This document shows positions 14,501 to 26,871 of a DNA stretch of 64,000 nt, in pieces. The position numbers and the translations under genes were made by a program. This stretch comes from Antedon mediterranea (taxonomy: Eukaryota > Animalia > Echinodermata): positions 18,622,101 through 18,686,100 of the forward strand of contig NC_092677.1 in the NCBI RefSeq assembly GCF_964355755.1, written 5' to 3'. A model generated the notes under the pieces. That model was given only the letters and a program-made list of their open reading frames with translations. It was not told the DNA's origin and did not search any database. Each line of letters begins with the position of its first letter. Position 1 is the stretch's first letter.

Positions 14501-17500
14501 CTAGTTGCTTCAGCAAGTCCTGGTAGTGTTTTTAATATTGGAACCACTTCTGTTGTATACACTGCTAGTGATAACAGCAATAACATAAATAAATGTGATT
14601 TTAATGTTACGGTGGAAGGTAACTTGGAATAATCTGTTTTTATTCTATTTGTTTTTTTTTATTTGGTGTATCAATAATAAAATATTATAAGTAACTGTAC
14701 TTAATACAGACCAACATAAGATGATATATAATGCAACTAACTTTAGCAGATTAGTTTTGGATTGCCATAGTCAAACAGTGACAACCTATAAACATCGTGC
14801 CAACTACTTTACCAACAATTCTTCCCTAAATAGAACAAACTGGACACAAATAATATAGAAGGCGTAATAATCATATCGGTAATATGTTAAGACACAATCA
14901 GTCCAGTGGGTTTAAATATCTCAAATGTCTTAATAATATTAGAGGAATATTTTGTTAATTTTTTTGTAGATAATGAACCACCGGTTTTAGAGTGTCCTGA
15001 TGACATCATTGATATAGCAACTACCACATCTGGAATTGTCATTACTTGGCCAGACCCTAGCTTTATTGATAATTCTGGAAAATCTGTTATATTAAGTTCA
15101 ACAAGTAATTCTGGAGATATATTTACCTTCGGGACGCATACCGTATTTTATACTGGATTTGACCAATCCAAAAATAGCGGTACATGTCAATTTGAAATAA
15201 AAATAGGAGGTAAGTATTTATTTGATCATGAATATGGAATGTATCAAACAATTGATTTTTGCAGAAAATACTACTACTTAAGATTAACTATACTATAGTG
15301 TGTTGTCCCACTCTCCAATACAAGTAGTGTAGTACAGTATAGCGTAGTATGGGCAATGTGTCACTAACCTAATTGGGCACAGAACCCAGAAAAACTGGCA
15401 CAATAGACATCCTGATGAAGAATGGAGTTGTTTGTAATAAATAACTAAATGAATGTGTTGCTCTCGTAGAGTGATTCGGCTAACATTTCCATTTGAATAA
15501 TTATAGTAACAAATCAGTAAAATATTAGGAGTACTACTAGCTGTACTGCACATATTGGATAACCTTTTTTTTTCATTACAGATTTGTGTACTTCTTCACC
15601 ATGTCAAAATGGAGGAACTTGTGTACAGTTAGAAACGAGCTTTGCATGTAACTGTCCTGTATTATATGAAGGAAATTTATGTCAAATACTACCAGGTATT
15701 AACTAAACGTTGCACTTTGTTAATTTCTCAAGGTTTAGGCTTAATATTGGATTAGGACATGCACGAATGATACAAAGAATATAATCAATAAATCAAATGT
15801 TTCTAAATTAATCATATTATATGTATTATACTGTATAATTTAGGTGAACCAACAGCAGAAATTCAACCTTTATCACTGAGTGCTAATTTAAAAAATACAG
15901 TCACTTTCCAATGTATTGTAACTTACTCAATTAACTGGCGTTGGTATAAAGACAACATCGAACTCCCATCTGAAACACAAAGGCTAAAGTTCCTCACAAT
16001 TAATGAAGTTGGTCTGGCAAACCAAGGCTATTATTACTGCAAAGCATTTGGAGTATCGCCACATGATGGCGTAACAGACATATCAATGAAGGCAGTCCTT
16101 GTTGTTACAGGTAAACATATTGCATTATTATATGTAAACGAATAGTGATCCAATTGCAAAATAGACACAGTTACATGGATTGTGGAATTAAAAGATCTCT
16201 AAACCAATTTTTCTAAAGTATATCAGTAAACTGTACTCAACTCAATTGACTTACTTTGGTATACTTCCATCCAATCGTTATGACCATGAAAAATTGATGA
16301 CTAGTGCAGCTACTGTATCTGTATTCATTTCGGTGTGATGTACTGAGGTACAATGTCTAGACTTCGTATCAGAAAAGCAGATATTGTATGTATGTGTATA
16401 TGGAACTGCTGATTTTGATGTTACATTAAATAATTTATTATAATAATACGTTTCTATTAATCCTTAGATGCATTTACTGTACCAACAGTATTAACTTTCA
16501 AGAATTTACAATTTACGTCTGCATTAAACAACCCTTCCTCGGAAGAATTCAAAAACACTTCAACTGAAATTGAAAACTACGTAGGTTTTGTTAAACAATT
16601 TAGAAAAGTCGTTATCTGTATTTTGACCATCCCACCCCACCTCCTCTTCTCTAAAATCATAGAAATACTATGGTCTGTTGCTACCAACAGGCAATACCTA
16701 TTTAAGAATTCATTTTTAGCTGTGTATTTTTGACATGATAAACACCTATAACCTTATTTTTCCACAGTAGTGGTGTCAACATAAATGCATAACCATGCCG
16801 AATTACAAAACAATTTGGTTTTAATAACTTATTATTTTTTCTTGTTTTCAGTTAACTGAGAGTATAATTATAACTGATATATTTGTTCAAGTTCGTACAC
16901 TACGTTCTGGAAGTGTGATTGCTAACATCAACATATATAAACCAAGTGCAGACCAAAGTTACAATAATTTCAGCAAAAGTTTATCAGGAGAAATTAAAAT
17001 AATAGGAGATAAAGGAGTTATAGATGCTGATAATATTATCATATTTAGCACGGGTAAAACTTGTTTAAACGAGATTTTAAATTACTTGACATGTGACTTC
17101 TCGTTTCCATCCTCATTCAGAATAGATGGATAACATTTTATTATAAACAAAATATTATGATAACCTTTATTTTGTATTTTATCCCTCGGTATCAACCATT
17201 TGCATACATTAAACACCTACATTACTAAATGTTTATTTTGATATTTTTTTAGATTATTTTAATCAATAATAAGCCTGTATGCATTGTTTTTATTCATTAG
17301 AGAGTTGCAATGTAGAGATAATAGATGGATTAACATTTGGGCTTGCTGATGTTGGTCAGAATACACCATCTGACGAAGTTTGTCCAGAATCTAAAATCAA
17401 CTGTAAGTTGTATGATCGTTTTAATTATTTTCCTGTTTTGTGGATTGATCTCTTTCATATATGAAATAAAATGTTGATAAAAATTCCTGGAGGATTAGAT

Positions 17501-20500
17501 GGCACCACGTACGTTCCTACTACTTCCTGATATTTGTGATGTTGTACTTTGACAGCTTGCATAGGATTAATATAACGAGACAATAGGACTAGCGTCTTCA
17601 TATTAAACATATTCAGATGAAAGATATTCATAACAATGTATTACATGGCTGCGGTGTGGTTATTACATTATTAGTATATGCCTCAGAAGAATCTGTATTC
17701 ATCACAGAGTGATATAAATATTATATTTTGTCATAAATAGATGGTATGCCTCTAGGCTTGTGTACATGCTATAGTGATGGTCTGTCAGCTGCTGTGTGGC
17801 AGGATGTGATTTTGCAAGACTGTGGTCGAGATGCTACATCTGATGAACTTCTAGAAAGGTTAAATACGGTCAGTGAAGAAAGTGCTATATTGACTATTAC
17901 TAAGTACTGAGATCTAATTGTAATGAACTAATTATTAATGATTTAATCATTAATGAATTTGTTCTACTTACTTTTAGTTCATCGTGTTTTACTATCTTGT
18001 TATATTGTAATTCATTTTAGATCACAGTTACTGAAGAAAATGCAGAGGAAGTAATTACTGCAGTCAACAACATTACAACAACTGAATCAGACACTATTAC
18101 ACCAGATGGTTTGGAAGCAACTGCAGAAATTATTGAAAGTGTTACTTCTGTAAATTCAACATCTGCTGAAGTGAGTTTATATTTTGTTTATATACATTGC
18201 AGTATAAAATATTACATTTGTAAACTAGAGTTGTCCATGTGTATTATTATTATTATTTATTTTAATTTCCGTCCAGGTGACATCAACTTTAGTTGGCACA
18301 GTTGCTAGTCTGTTTGAAGTAGACGATGATGTTCTCTTAGAGAGTCAGATGCAAACACAAGCTCCAAGTAGAATTGTTGAATCTCTTGAACAACAATTAG
18401 CAGTTGTTGATCTTAAAAACGATAAATATGAATTTGTAACCAGCAGCGTAGCGGTGCAAGCTCAAAGTGTTAAAACAAATGAACTTGATTACACTGGGAT
18501 TGGAATCGCATCATATCAATCGGCAGATACCAGTGCAATAGTAAATGTGACAGGATTTAGTAAGAAGGTTGAGCTGAATAATGCCGCATCTGTCAGTATT
18601 TACATTCCTCCAACAATTACTAAAATGTTTGCAGCCTCCAATGGTAAGTTGTCAAAATGACGATTATTTTGAAATACAACATGATCAGGATCATCATCAA
18701 CGTACTCGTTATTCATAATTAATAATCAACACACAAGTATGATATGACTGTTCCAAATTTTTCAAAGAAACAAAAGTTTACAACATTGTCATTATAATGT
18801 ATGTTCGGATTGTCCCTCAAAAAATGAAAAATAAAGATGAAAAAAATCAAATTTTGAATAGACCGTTTTGTAGTTAACATAAAGTTATTCACTTCCACCG
18901 AAAAAAAATCCGAAAAAAATATTGATTTCGCTTATAAAAAAATCAAAATAAGTTTACCATTTTTTAGAACTCATCGGCTCAGAAATTAGGCCGGTAGAGC
19001 TAACTCATACATATGCATGATATGTTAATGAGCATCCACACAGCAGAGATCTGATCTAACAATGGACGATGCACGTTGTATCAAAGATAGTGTAGTAGGA
19101 AGATGTTACACTTCGCTCAAAAATTAGAGAACCGCTCGAGATAGGGCGCCTCTCACGACGAGTAGGGATAGACGAATCTTAAAGATGAGGAGCGCAATGG
19201 CAAATCCCAACGAAAATGGTGTTTTCGGCAATAAATTGTAAAAATAAGCCACAAAAAACATCAAACTTCTTTTTTTTTTTCTTTATTATACAAAGTTAAA
19301 AATTAATATGATGTTTTCATACTGTTTTTGGATCTTTTTTATTGTTAATACATTTATTTGGAGTGAGTTTTGGAATGACATGACTGTAAACACTGAGCTA
19401 GGATCAGGAGGAGGCTCACGCGCGCCTGTAGACGCAATCATGCATGGATGCTGGTCATCTCGTACCCAAACCAACCCGTACCCAAAACAACCCGTACCCA
19501 AACCAACCCGTACCCAAACCAACCCGTACCCATAAAAACTCTTACTCATCTTGGTAAACCCCAGTCAAGTCTGAAGTCATAATGCAAATTTTACAGTTTA
19601 CAGTATTGTTGTTGGCAAACAATATATGATTTATGAATATGAATTTCTGCAATTTCAATATTTTCTATACAGCAATTTCTAAAAACTCTAGATAGGAGGG
19701 GTAGGTAGAAATTATCTGTTTCTATAGATTAATATAGAATTCTAAAACTTCTCAGATATAGATTCTATAGAACATTTTTTGTAAGGGTAGTATAATAAAA
19801 GGGGGTAAAGTAGGCCTCCCACGGATATTTTTTTCTTTGATATACCTTACCAATATTAATGAACTCATCGGCTTATAATTAATATTATCGATAATGTTAG
19901 GCATTACATAATCATGGCAAATTACGATGAATGCACGAAAGTTCGGAGTGTTACAAGCATAATATAATAATTATTAGTTATTATTAAATTATTTAAATTA
20001 ATAGATAATTAACAATAGGCCTAATTGTTTTTTTTTAAGTAAAAAAAAATACCCCGTAGTCCTAAATTCCTATTGAATGTTGCGGCCTACTGGTACCGTA
20101 TTCATTGTATTCCCCTTATAGACGGCTATTTGTATAATATTATTGATTACAATAAAGATTGATTGATTGATTACAAGCCATACTACCTATTCTCTTGTAT
20201 TACCCATTTAGAAATAAACCATACGTAATCGATTATTATTTTTATAGGCATACACATAGGCCTATTATTATTACCACTAATAGGCCCCTAATATATTTAT
20301 TCACTCTGATAAAAAAGTGTTTCTAACGCTAGGTATTAAATTCTCTATCTCTGTCCAATGATAAACAATTAAATGTAAATAATAATTTAAAAAAAGTTAA
20401 GTTGATTTGCAAATAAAAACATTAAAATAAAAGAAATAAAATATGGTAGATATTCCAGGTACCTAAACAATTCCAAGTAATTGAAACACAAATTTGTATT

Positions 20501-23500
20501 CCAAAACATAAAAATATGATTCATTTGCACTTTCTATAAAGATAACAGTACATTTTATATGTTAATTCGTATTAAATCTTAATTTTACAGTCATATTATT
20601 CTTCTGTTATATAGCCTATTTCCTATACAATAATCTTCCGTATCCCTACTCGACGTGCGAGGCGCCCTTTAAATTTAGCTCCATGTTGTCTCGCTTTTAT
20701 TTGCATTGAACGAATAGGAAGTGTAACATCTTCCTACTACACTATCTTTGGTTGTATGTACAACACCACCAGAGATCGACGCGACTCGACTGAGGGTTTC
20801 CCTGGCCTGATCGTATAAATATGTAAAGCTGAGCTGTTAATTTGTCGGTAAGTAGGCCTATACGGTTATTTTAAATATAATAATATATATAACGCAATAA
20901 TAACAGGAAGATAAATTAATTAACTTAGCCTGGGATTTTTTCCGTTCAGGACTAGGCCTAGAATAATTAATACATGCTGCTGCATATTACTAGGCTAGTA
21001 GTAAGCAGACTGTGACAATCGGGTCCCTGCAGAAGATGACCAGCTAGGCCCTATACATTGTACTCTTCATAGACTGGCCTAGGCTATATGCCATCAATCT
21101 TAGCTAAATTACGAAAATACAGCCAGCTTGCTGTACCATATATATTTACAGTTGAAGCTTGTTTAACTAATTTTTATGATAAAAATAAAACAAACATTTT
21201 TCAGGGAAAATGGTTGCAATACAAGCCTGAAATTGAGAACCTTCCAGCAGCACTGTACAAGTAGACAGAGGGGAAAGCCAGCTTAGCCATTTTACAACAC
21301 AAACAAATGTTCTCTGTACTGTAGTAAGTCAAATATTTATCTTCTCTTTTTATAAGTTATAACATTATAAGTAATGTGTTTTAATTACCATAGAAAGGTA
21401 GTATACTTATTTGACTATGTCAAAGTAAGCAATTTCACTAGCCCAATTTTGCACTAAATATGCATGATCTATTTTTTCCAGATTTTCATACTTTGCTTTT
21501 ACTTTTTTTAAAGACGTTGAGCTGATGAAGACTGGAACAGAGGTCACCCAAAGACAACAATGATAGACTCGGTATTGGAATATGATTGGACATTGCAGGA
21601 AAAATATTTCTGACTCTCCTGCTGCATTCGGCCAATATGTTCTTGTCCAGCTTGTAAAATATTGTATAATTTGTTTTGTATTATATGTACAGTATATTAT
21701 TTTGTAAACATAACATTCAATAAATAAAAAAAAACTACTACAACAGTACACAGGATAAATTCTTCAAATTTCTACTAATTATCAATGTGTTGATTGTGGC
21801 AGTAATTACGACAGCTATAGTCTTCTAAGATCGCTCACATCTATTACAAAGTGTCATTTTAATAGTAAGAAACGTTTCAATAAATTGTGAATGTTGCCAC
21901 TGTACGATACATTTTATGTTATTGTTCAATCAATCAACCTAAAAAAAAAAAGAAATTTGTGTCAAAATATCTGCATAAAATGTTTATTTGCGGAATGTTA
22001 ATTTGAACCTATTGCATTTGATACAGAAAATATTTTTAAATTATTGCATCAGTAAAACATCCAAAACAATATTTAGATTTTCTTTTTTTTTAATTTTCAC
22101 TGCCGAATAGATAGTTGAAATCTTTAAAAATTAAACCAATTCATCATGATTAAAACAAAAATACATCCCTTCTGGTGGTGGTCTACTGTAGCCCTAGCTA
22201 GCAGTGTACTGCCTAGGCCTACTACACTCTACTTCTAGAGACAGAAGTAGGCAGCAGTTAGGCTACTCGAGACTGTCAGTGCTAGTAGTAGTAGTAGTAG
22301 ACTAGTAGTACAGTATTAGCAAATTCGGGCCTAGGCCTAGCTAGGCTTCTCCTGTTAGCGAAACAAAAACTCACCTAAATGAATAAGATTCATCAAAGTT
22401 ACCAACTGTAATTCTAACTTAGCATTCTGCTAGCTATAGTTTTCGTGTTTTCTTCAAGATTCGTCTCGCATCACTACTCGACTCTCTCGCACGCATGCAT
22501 TGCTATCGTTGTTGGCTGTTGATTTGGAAAGCATCATCATCCACACGATGAATCCATACAATATGAATATTTATGAGCTAACTCAGGTCAAGGGTTAAAT
22601 TAAACCGGAACACATTTGTCTTCCAGACAAATAGCTTCCGGTTGGTTAATTTTTGCATTAAATTGCGATTTTCCCGTGTAAAAAAATATTTTTTTCAATC
22701 CAAATTGAGGTCAAAGTGAATAACTTTTATGTGCAATTAAAATGGCCTATTCAACAAAAATATTGAAAAAAAATTTTTTTCAGGGGGACAATACATCTTT
22801 AATGATTTATATGATTTTTTGTTAAACAGGAACATCTGATTTTCGTGTGGTTACAGTAATATATAATGACAGTTCACTATTTCCAACAAACCAGTCAAAT
22901 AATGCAACAAGAACCAATGGTCAGATTATTTCATTGTCAATACCTGGAGTTAAACTGAACAATTTATCAGACCCAATTGTCACAACATTTATACCTGCTG
23001 AGGTAATTAGACATGTCAACCTTACGTTTTATTATTATAACCGGCCGGTACATATCTGTCATTGAGACATTTAAGAGCTTAGTGGTACGCATAGCCTTGT
23101 TGATTGTACCCTATAGAGTGCGGTTCTCTACTTTATTGAAAGTTGAGATAATTTGCTTACAATTATGAAAAGTTTGATCCGACTCTTTCTATGTTACCAT
23201 GTTTTATTACAAAATAAAAATGTTGATAAATATATTGCATTTCAAGTCGCATTCTGTAGTCAGCAGATATACTTTTAGTACATCGTAACTAGTTGAAAAC
23301 AGGAACATTAGTCGGCCAAGAATTGTTAAAATTACCTCATTCATTTTATAATCATTCCAATTTCTTTTTATTTAGATATCCAAAAAAAATAATGAGACAG
23401 CCTGTGTGTTTTGGGATTTTGAACTTGATGATGGTAATGGTGGCTGGTCAAGTGCTGGATGCTACTTAGCTAATGGATCGTTGGATGGCAGTGACAGACA

Positions 23501-26500
23501 AATTTGTCATTGTGACCATTTAACCAATTTTGCAATCCTTATGGCAAGTTATGAAAGTTCTATAACAAACGTAGCATACATAAAATGCATTTTTATGAGT
23601 GCTATGATTCAAATAAATTCATTAGGTGAAAGATGAAAGGTGAAGCCAAGATAAAATAGAACAAATGTTCATCTTTCACAGAATAAATTTTGTTCGAATT
23701 GCTATTCAACAATTCTTGAGAGTGTAGACCAAAAAAACGACATTAGGTTTTAATAGAATATTTATTGAACATCATTAATCATCCAATCAAATTTTTATGT
23801 ACTTGTTTTGTTTATGTTTTTTATTTATACTTCTCATTAACTCTGTTAGTGAACGATCTGGACCAACAGGTAAACACCTCTAAAATGGTCCAGTCGGTCC
23901 AGTCCCAATTGCACAGTGGCTGTGTGTGACAGTGGCTGTGTTTGTGTGGACTAGTACACTACTTGTCTCAAAAGATATACTATGTTCTTTAAAGTGCATA
24001 TGAGCTGTGTGTACACTGGACCTACGGTTTATATCCGAGAAGTTCTCCGTGGTTCTTCCACCAGAACCATGGAGTGAGTGAGCGAACCATTGCCGATGTT
24101 ATGACTACGTATTATGGACCGCTCGGCCTCTCACTCGCCTGTTATTTGACACTACAGTATATTAGTAAACATATTATAAATCCTTCAATAGTTATACAAT
24201 GATGAAGTATATTATGATTTTAATAGAATATTTTTTGAACATCATCAATCAAGTTATTAGGTGCTTCTTAATAATTTTTATAGTGCGACACTACAGCGTA
24301 TTAGTGAAAATAGTATTATAAATCCTTCAATAGGTATACAAAATGCAGTCCAGAAAGGATTGAATTATAACAATATTATGGTTTCTCAGCACCAGACTGA
24401 ACTATAGACAATGTGGTAGGCTTGTAAATCCATTTAAAACCAGCCCAACTCATATCAAGGCTAGTCAGTAATGGTACCGCTTTATACAAATTAAATTGTA
24501 TTTTTCCATTTAGAATTTTTATCCAGGTCAAGAAGACACACCGTTTCCAAGGTACATCACAAATATTGGTCTTGGTGTTTCAATTGTTTGTTTACTTGCA
24601 ACTTTAGTCTCTTTTACAATCAACAGGTAGGATCGAAATTAATTCATAAAATGTATCATTACAAGTTGGAATTTGTTTTTTTTTAAAATTACAATGATAA
24701 TTGGATTTTAATTAGGTAATGAAGTTAACCATACAAAAAGTAGCCAAAACAATAATATTTATGTTTATTAAGGGAAACTTGTTTTCACAATAATGTATAA
24801 TGTAGCTAATTATAGTGATCTGCAAATCTTGGTTTTACTCAGAAACAACTCATATACTTACTAAGTATTGAATAATTTTGGTAGCTAGATTGGTTTAAAT
24901 TAAAATACACATTTTTATTGAACTGCATTTTTTGTATTATTTCCTACTATAGAATAAATCGCAGACTACATCTTAGATTAGGGACAAAATGGTAATCGTT
25001 CTTCATTCGAAAATTTCAACTAATGAAGTTGACTCTTTGTTTATAAAAATGAGTTTATTCTAAAATGATGAGAGCTCCTCCGTGTTTACAAAAATATAAT
25101 TTTTTCACAAAAAGTTTTGTGAAATGTTTTGAAATATATTACATTTATGATTAACTAATCTTTTTTCAATTTAATTGTTCAAAACTTTTCATTGATAACA
25201 TTCTTATCTTTTTATAAACAGTTCAGTTCACTGTGATGACAAAACAATATTATACATTTTCAACCTCACAATTCACTCCGGTTAAATTACAGATGCTGTT
25301 TCATTTTTTTTTTTCAGAAAGCTACGAAAGAGTAAACCAAAACAAATATTATGCCACCTGTGTGTATCACTACTCTGCTTGTATCTGATCTTTCTGGTTG
25401 GGATTGACAGAAAAGATAAAAAAGGTTCTTGTACGGCCATTGCTGGACTGATTCACTACTTTTTGTTGACGTCTATGTTTTGGATGTCTGTGCAGGCAAT
25501 TAATCTGTATTACTTGATCGTACAAGTTTATAATACACACGTTTCTAGGTTTTTCTTAAAAGCTTGTCTTTTTGCTTGGGGTAAGTGTACAAACATACAA
25601 AATGACAATTATTAGCTAATCTAAACTAACTACATGATTAAAAAGTGTGTTTTTAAATGGAAACCAAACGCTACTCGCTAAATTGATTCATTTGGGCTTA
25701 CTTTTTAAGTTATAAATTAGGATGTGTGATTATCACTATTATATACACATTTATTATTTACAGGTCTACCAGCTGTGATTGTTGCTATTACTGTTGGTAT
25801 TGATGTTGACAATTATGCAAATAAAGACTAGTAAGTTACAACATTTATAAAAAAAAATGCAGCATACATTAATTAAAATAACTGAAATGCTAACATTAAA
25901 TTGTAATCTATTAATATTTATTAATAGATTACAATTTAATGTTAGCATTTCAGTTATTTTAATTAATGTATGCTGCATTTTTTTTATAATAATAATAAAA
26001 TAATATAATAGTAAACTAACTCGAAGTTTTTCGATAATTCGACTAACTTCATAATTAAAAATGGTTTGAGATATCTGTTAAGTGTACACATCCTTTAACT
26101 ACAACATATTATTAAGAACATTGAGTTTCATTTATGTCAAACTCATTTCCTTTTCATATATTTTCATTTCATATATTTTCATTGTTTGCTATTTACATAT
26201 TTTCTTTTAAATAAACATATATATATATATTAAATTTAATGTTTTAGTTGTTCTATAATAATAATAATAATAATAACACTAACACTATTAATAATAATAA
26301 TAATAATAATAATAGAATATACCACTTTAAAACTGCGTGTATTTTTGTTTACAGCTGTTTCCTTGTTGTAACCCGTATGTATTACAGCGTAGCATTACCT
26401 ATTGCAATCGTATTACTCTTTAATATGATTGTGTTTATTATGGTGTTACGCAGCATAAGTAAACTTGGTAAAATAACAGCACAAGCTCACGAGCACAACA

Positions 26501-26871
26501 AAAGCAGGCACTTACTGCAGAATGCAGCGTGCATATCTGTAATTATGGGATTGACATGGGTTATTGGATTCTTTGCAATTGGTAGTGCCGCCAATGAGAT
26601 TCAGATACTCTTCTGTATCCTGAATTCTTTTCAAGGGTTTGCTATCTTCGTTCTGTATTGTTTAAGAAGTAAGGATGTTCGTATTTTCTGGACAGAAGAG
26701 GTGCGTAAACGATTTTACGGGGTATCTTCAACACTTAGAGGAACCAAAAGTAGCTCTGTCAATTCCAGTACAGGTAGAACTACTTCCTTTGGTTTGAATT
26801 CGTCTAAAGGAGAGCAACCCAATTCGGATTTTAAAACCAATTCAAGTAACAACCAAGAATATGTTGCTTGA
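46..26871 (+). CDS. Multi-exon adhesion GPCR (5' end outside window): (MAM-CUB-LDLa)x2-MAM-CUB-HYRx5-EGF-Ig-SEA-GAIN/GPS-7TM
   Basis: Exons read from AG/GT boundaries: 46-378, 1218-1553, 5387-5509, 6169-6282, 6998-7321, 7869-8204, 8304-8426, 8973-9098, 9462-9809, 11224-11571, 12158-12436, 12773-13021, 13198-13452, 14376-14618, 14970-15209, 15582-15695, 15844-16110, 16468-16580, 16852-17053, 17301-17402, 17741-17868, 18021-18170, 18277-18643, 22830-23002, 23376-23543, 24514-24626, 25318-25580, 25764-25830, 26355-26871. GPS motif CHCDHL/TNFAILM and secretin/adhesion-type TM motifs (HYFLL..FWM, GLTW..G, NSFQG); stop TGA 26869-26871. Confidence 0.88.
2860..4510. repeat. Degenerate internal tandem repeats of the TTAA element
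   Basis: Recurring GGATTCAGTA, CATAGAAACAGTT, TTTGACCTCAA and TCATGAAAACTCCATAT motifs. Confidence 0.55.
3136..3700. mobile_element. Tc1/mariner-pogo-type MITE nested in the TTAA element
   Basis: TA|CAG...ACCTCCCGTAAGTGGCCACC at the left end and GGTGGCCACTTACGGGAGGTTCAACTG|TA at the right end; TA duplication. Confidence 0.8.
12158..15209 (+). CDS. Five HYR (hyalin repeat) exons of the adhesion GPCR
   Basis: D.E.P...CP...V.W..P...DNSG.......F.IG...V.Y...D..GN...C.F...V pattern, one repeat per phase-1 exon. Confidence 0.85.
15582..17053 (+). CDS. EGF, Ig-like and SEA exons of the adhesion GPCR
   Basis: LCTSSPCQNGGTC...FACNCP..YEGNLCQ (15582-15695); FQC...WRWYKD...QGYYYC (15844-16110); FTSALNNPSSEEF and VRTLRSGSVIA (SEA GSVV-like site). 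Confidence 0.8.
18021..23543 (+). CDS. GAIN domain with GPS autoproteolysis site and Stachel sequence
   Basis: CVFWDF....GGWSSAGC...CHCDHL|TNFAILM at 23376-23543, preceded by helical GAIN-A exons and Y....LF / IISLSI GAIN-B motifs. Confidence 0.88.
19082..20750. mobile_element. Non-autonomous element with 33-bp TIR and 7-bp TSD (P-element-like)
   Basis: CAAAGATAGTGTAGTAGGAAGATGTTACACTTC and its perfect inverse ending at 20750; GTTGTAT on both flanks; subterminal inverted AGGGCGCCTC...CGAGTAGGGATA. Confidence 0.8.
19454..19512. repeat. 15-bp minisatellite (CCAACCCGTACCCAA)n, likely one arm of a foldback-type MITE
   Basis: About four tandem copies seen directly. Confidence 0.65.
23975..24045. 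repeat. Possible SINE fragment (Nin/Deu-like core)
   Basis: GTTCTTTAAAGTGC...ACACTGGACCTACGGTTTATATCCGAGAAG resembles the Nin-domain SINE core as I recall it; not verified. Confidence 0.35.
24514..26871 (+). CDS. 7TM region and cytoplasmic tail of the adhesion GPCR
   Basis: Four exons splice in frame: ITNIGLGVSIVCLL; KLRKSKPKQILCHLC...HYFLL...FAWG; LPAVIVAI; YCFL...GLTWVIG...NSFQGFAIF...stop. Confidence 0.9.
25845..25989. repeat. Near-perfect palindrome with ~72-bp arms and 2-nt loop
   Basis: 25845-25916 is the reverse complement of 25919-25989 apart from one base in the A/T run. Confidence 0.9.

Larger units (their letters stand above)
18795..22798. mobile_element. Degenerate non-autonomous TIR element (Kolobok-like) in the GAIN intron
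   Basis: ATTGTCCC...TTGAATAGACC...AAAGTTATTCACTT near 18810-18893 is inverted relative to AAGTGAATAACTTT...GGCCTATTCAA...GGGACAATACATCT|TTAA near 22714-22802. The left terminus is eroded. Confidence 0.6.

Noticed and set aside
19286-19549. ORFs with repeated GYGLVWVR / PYPKQP peptides
   Set aside because: Translations of a 15-bp minisatellite inside a transposon.
25766-25978. 70-aa minus-strand ORF
   Set aside because: Artefact of the AT-rich palindrome, antisense to a real exon.
26248-26354. Poly-Asn N-terminus on the 207-aa ORF
   Set aside because: Intronic (AAT)n microsatellite upstream of the true acceptor at 26354.
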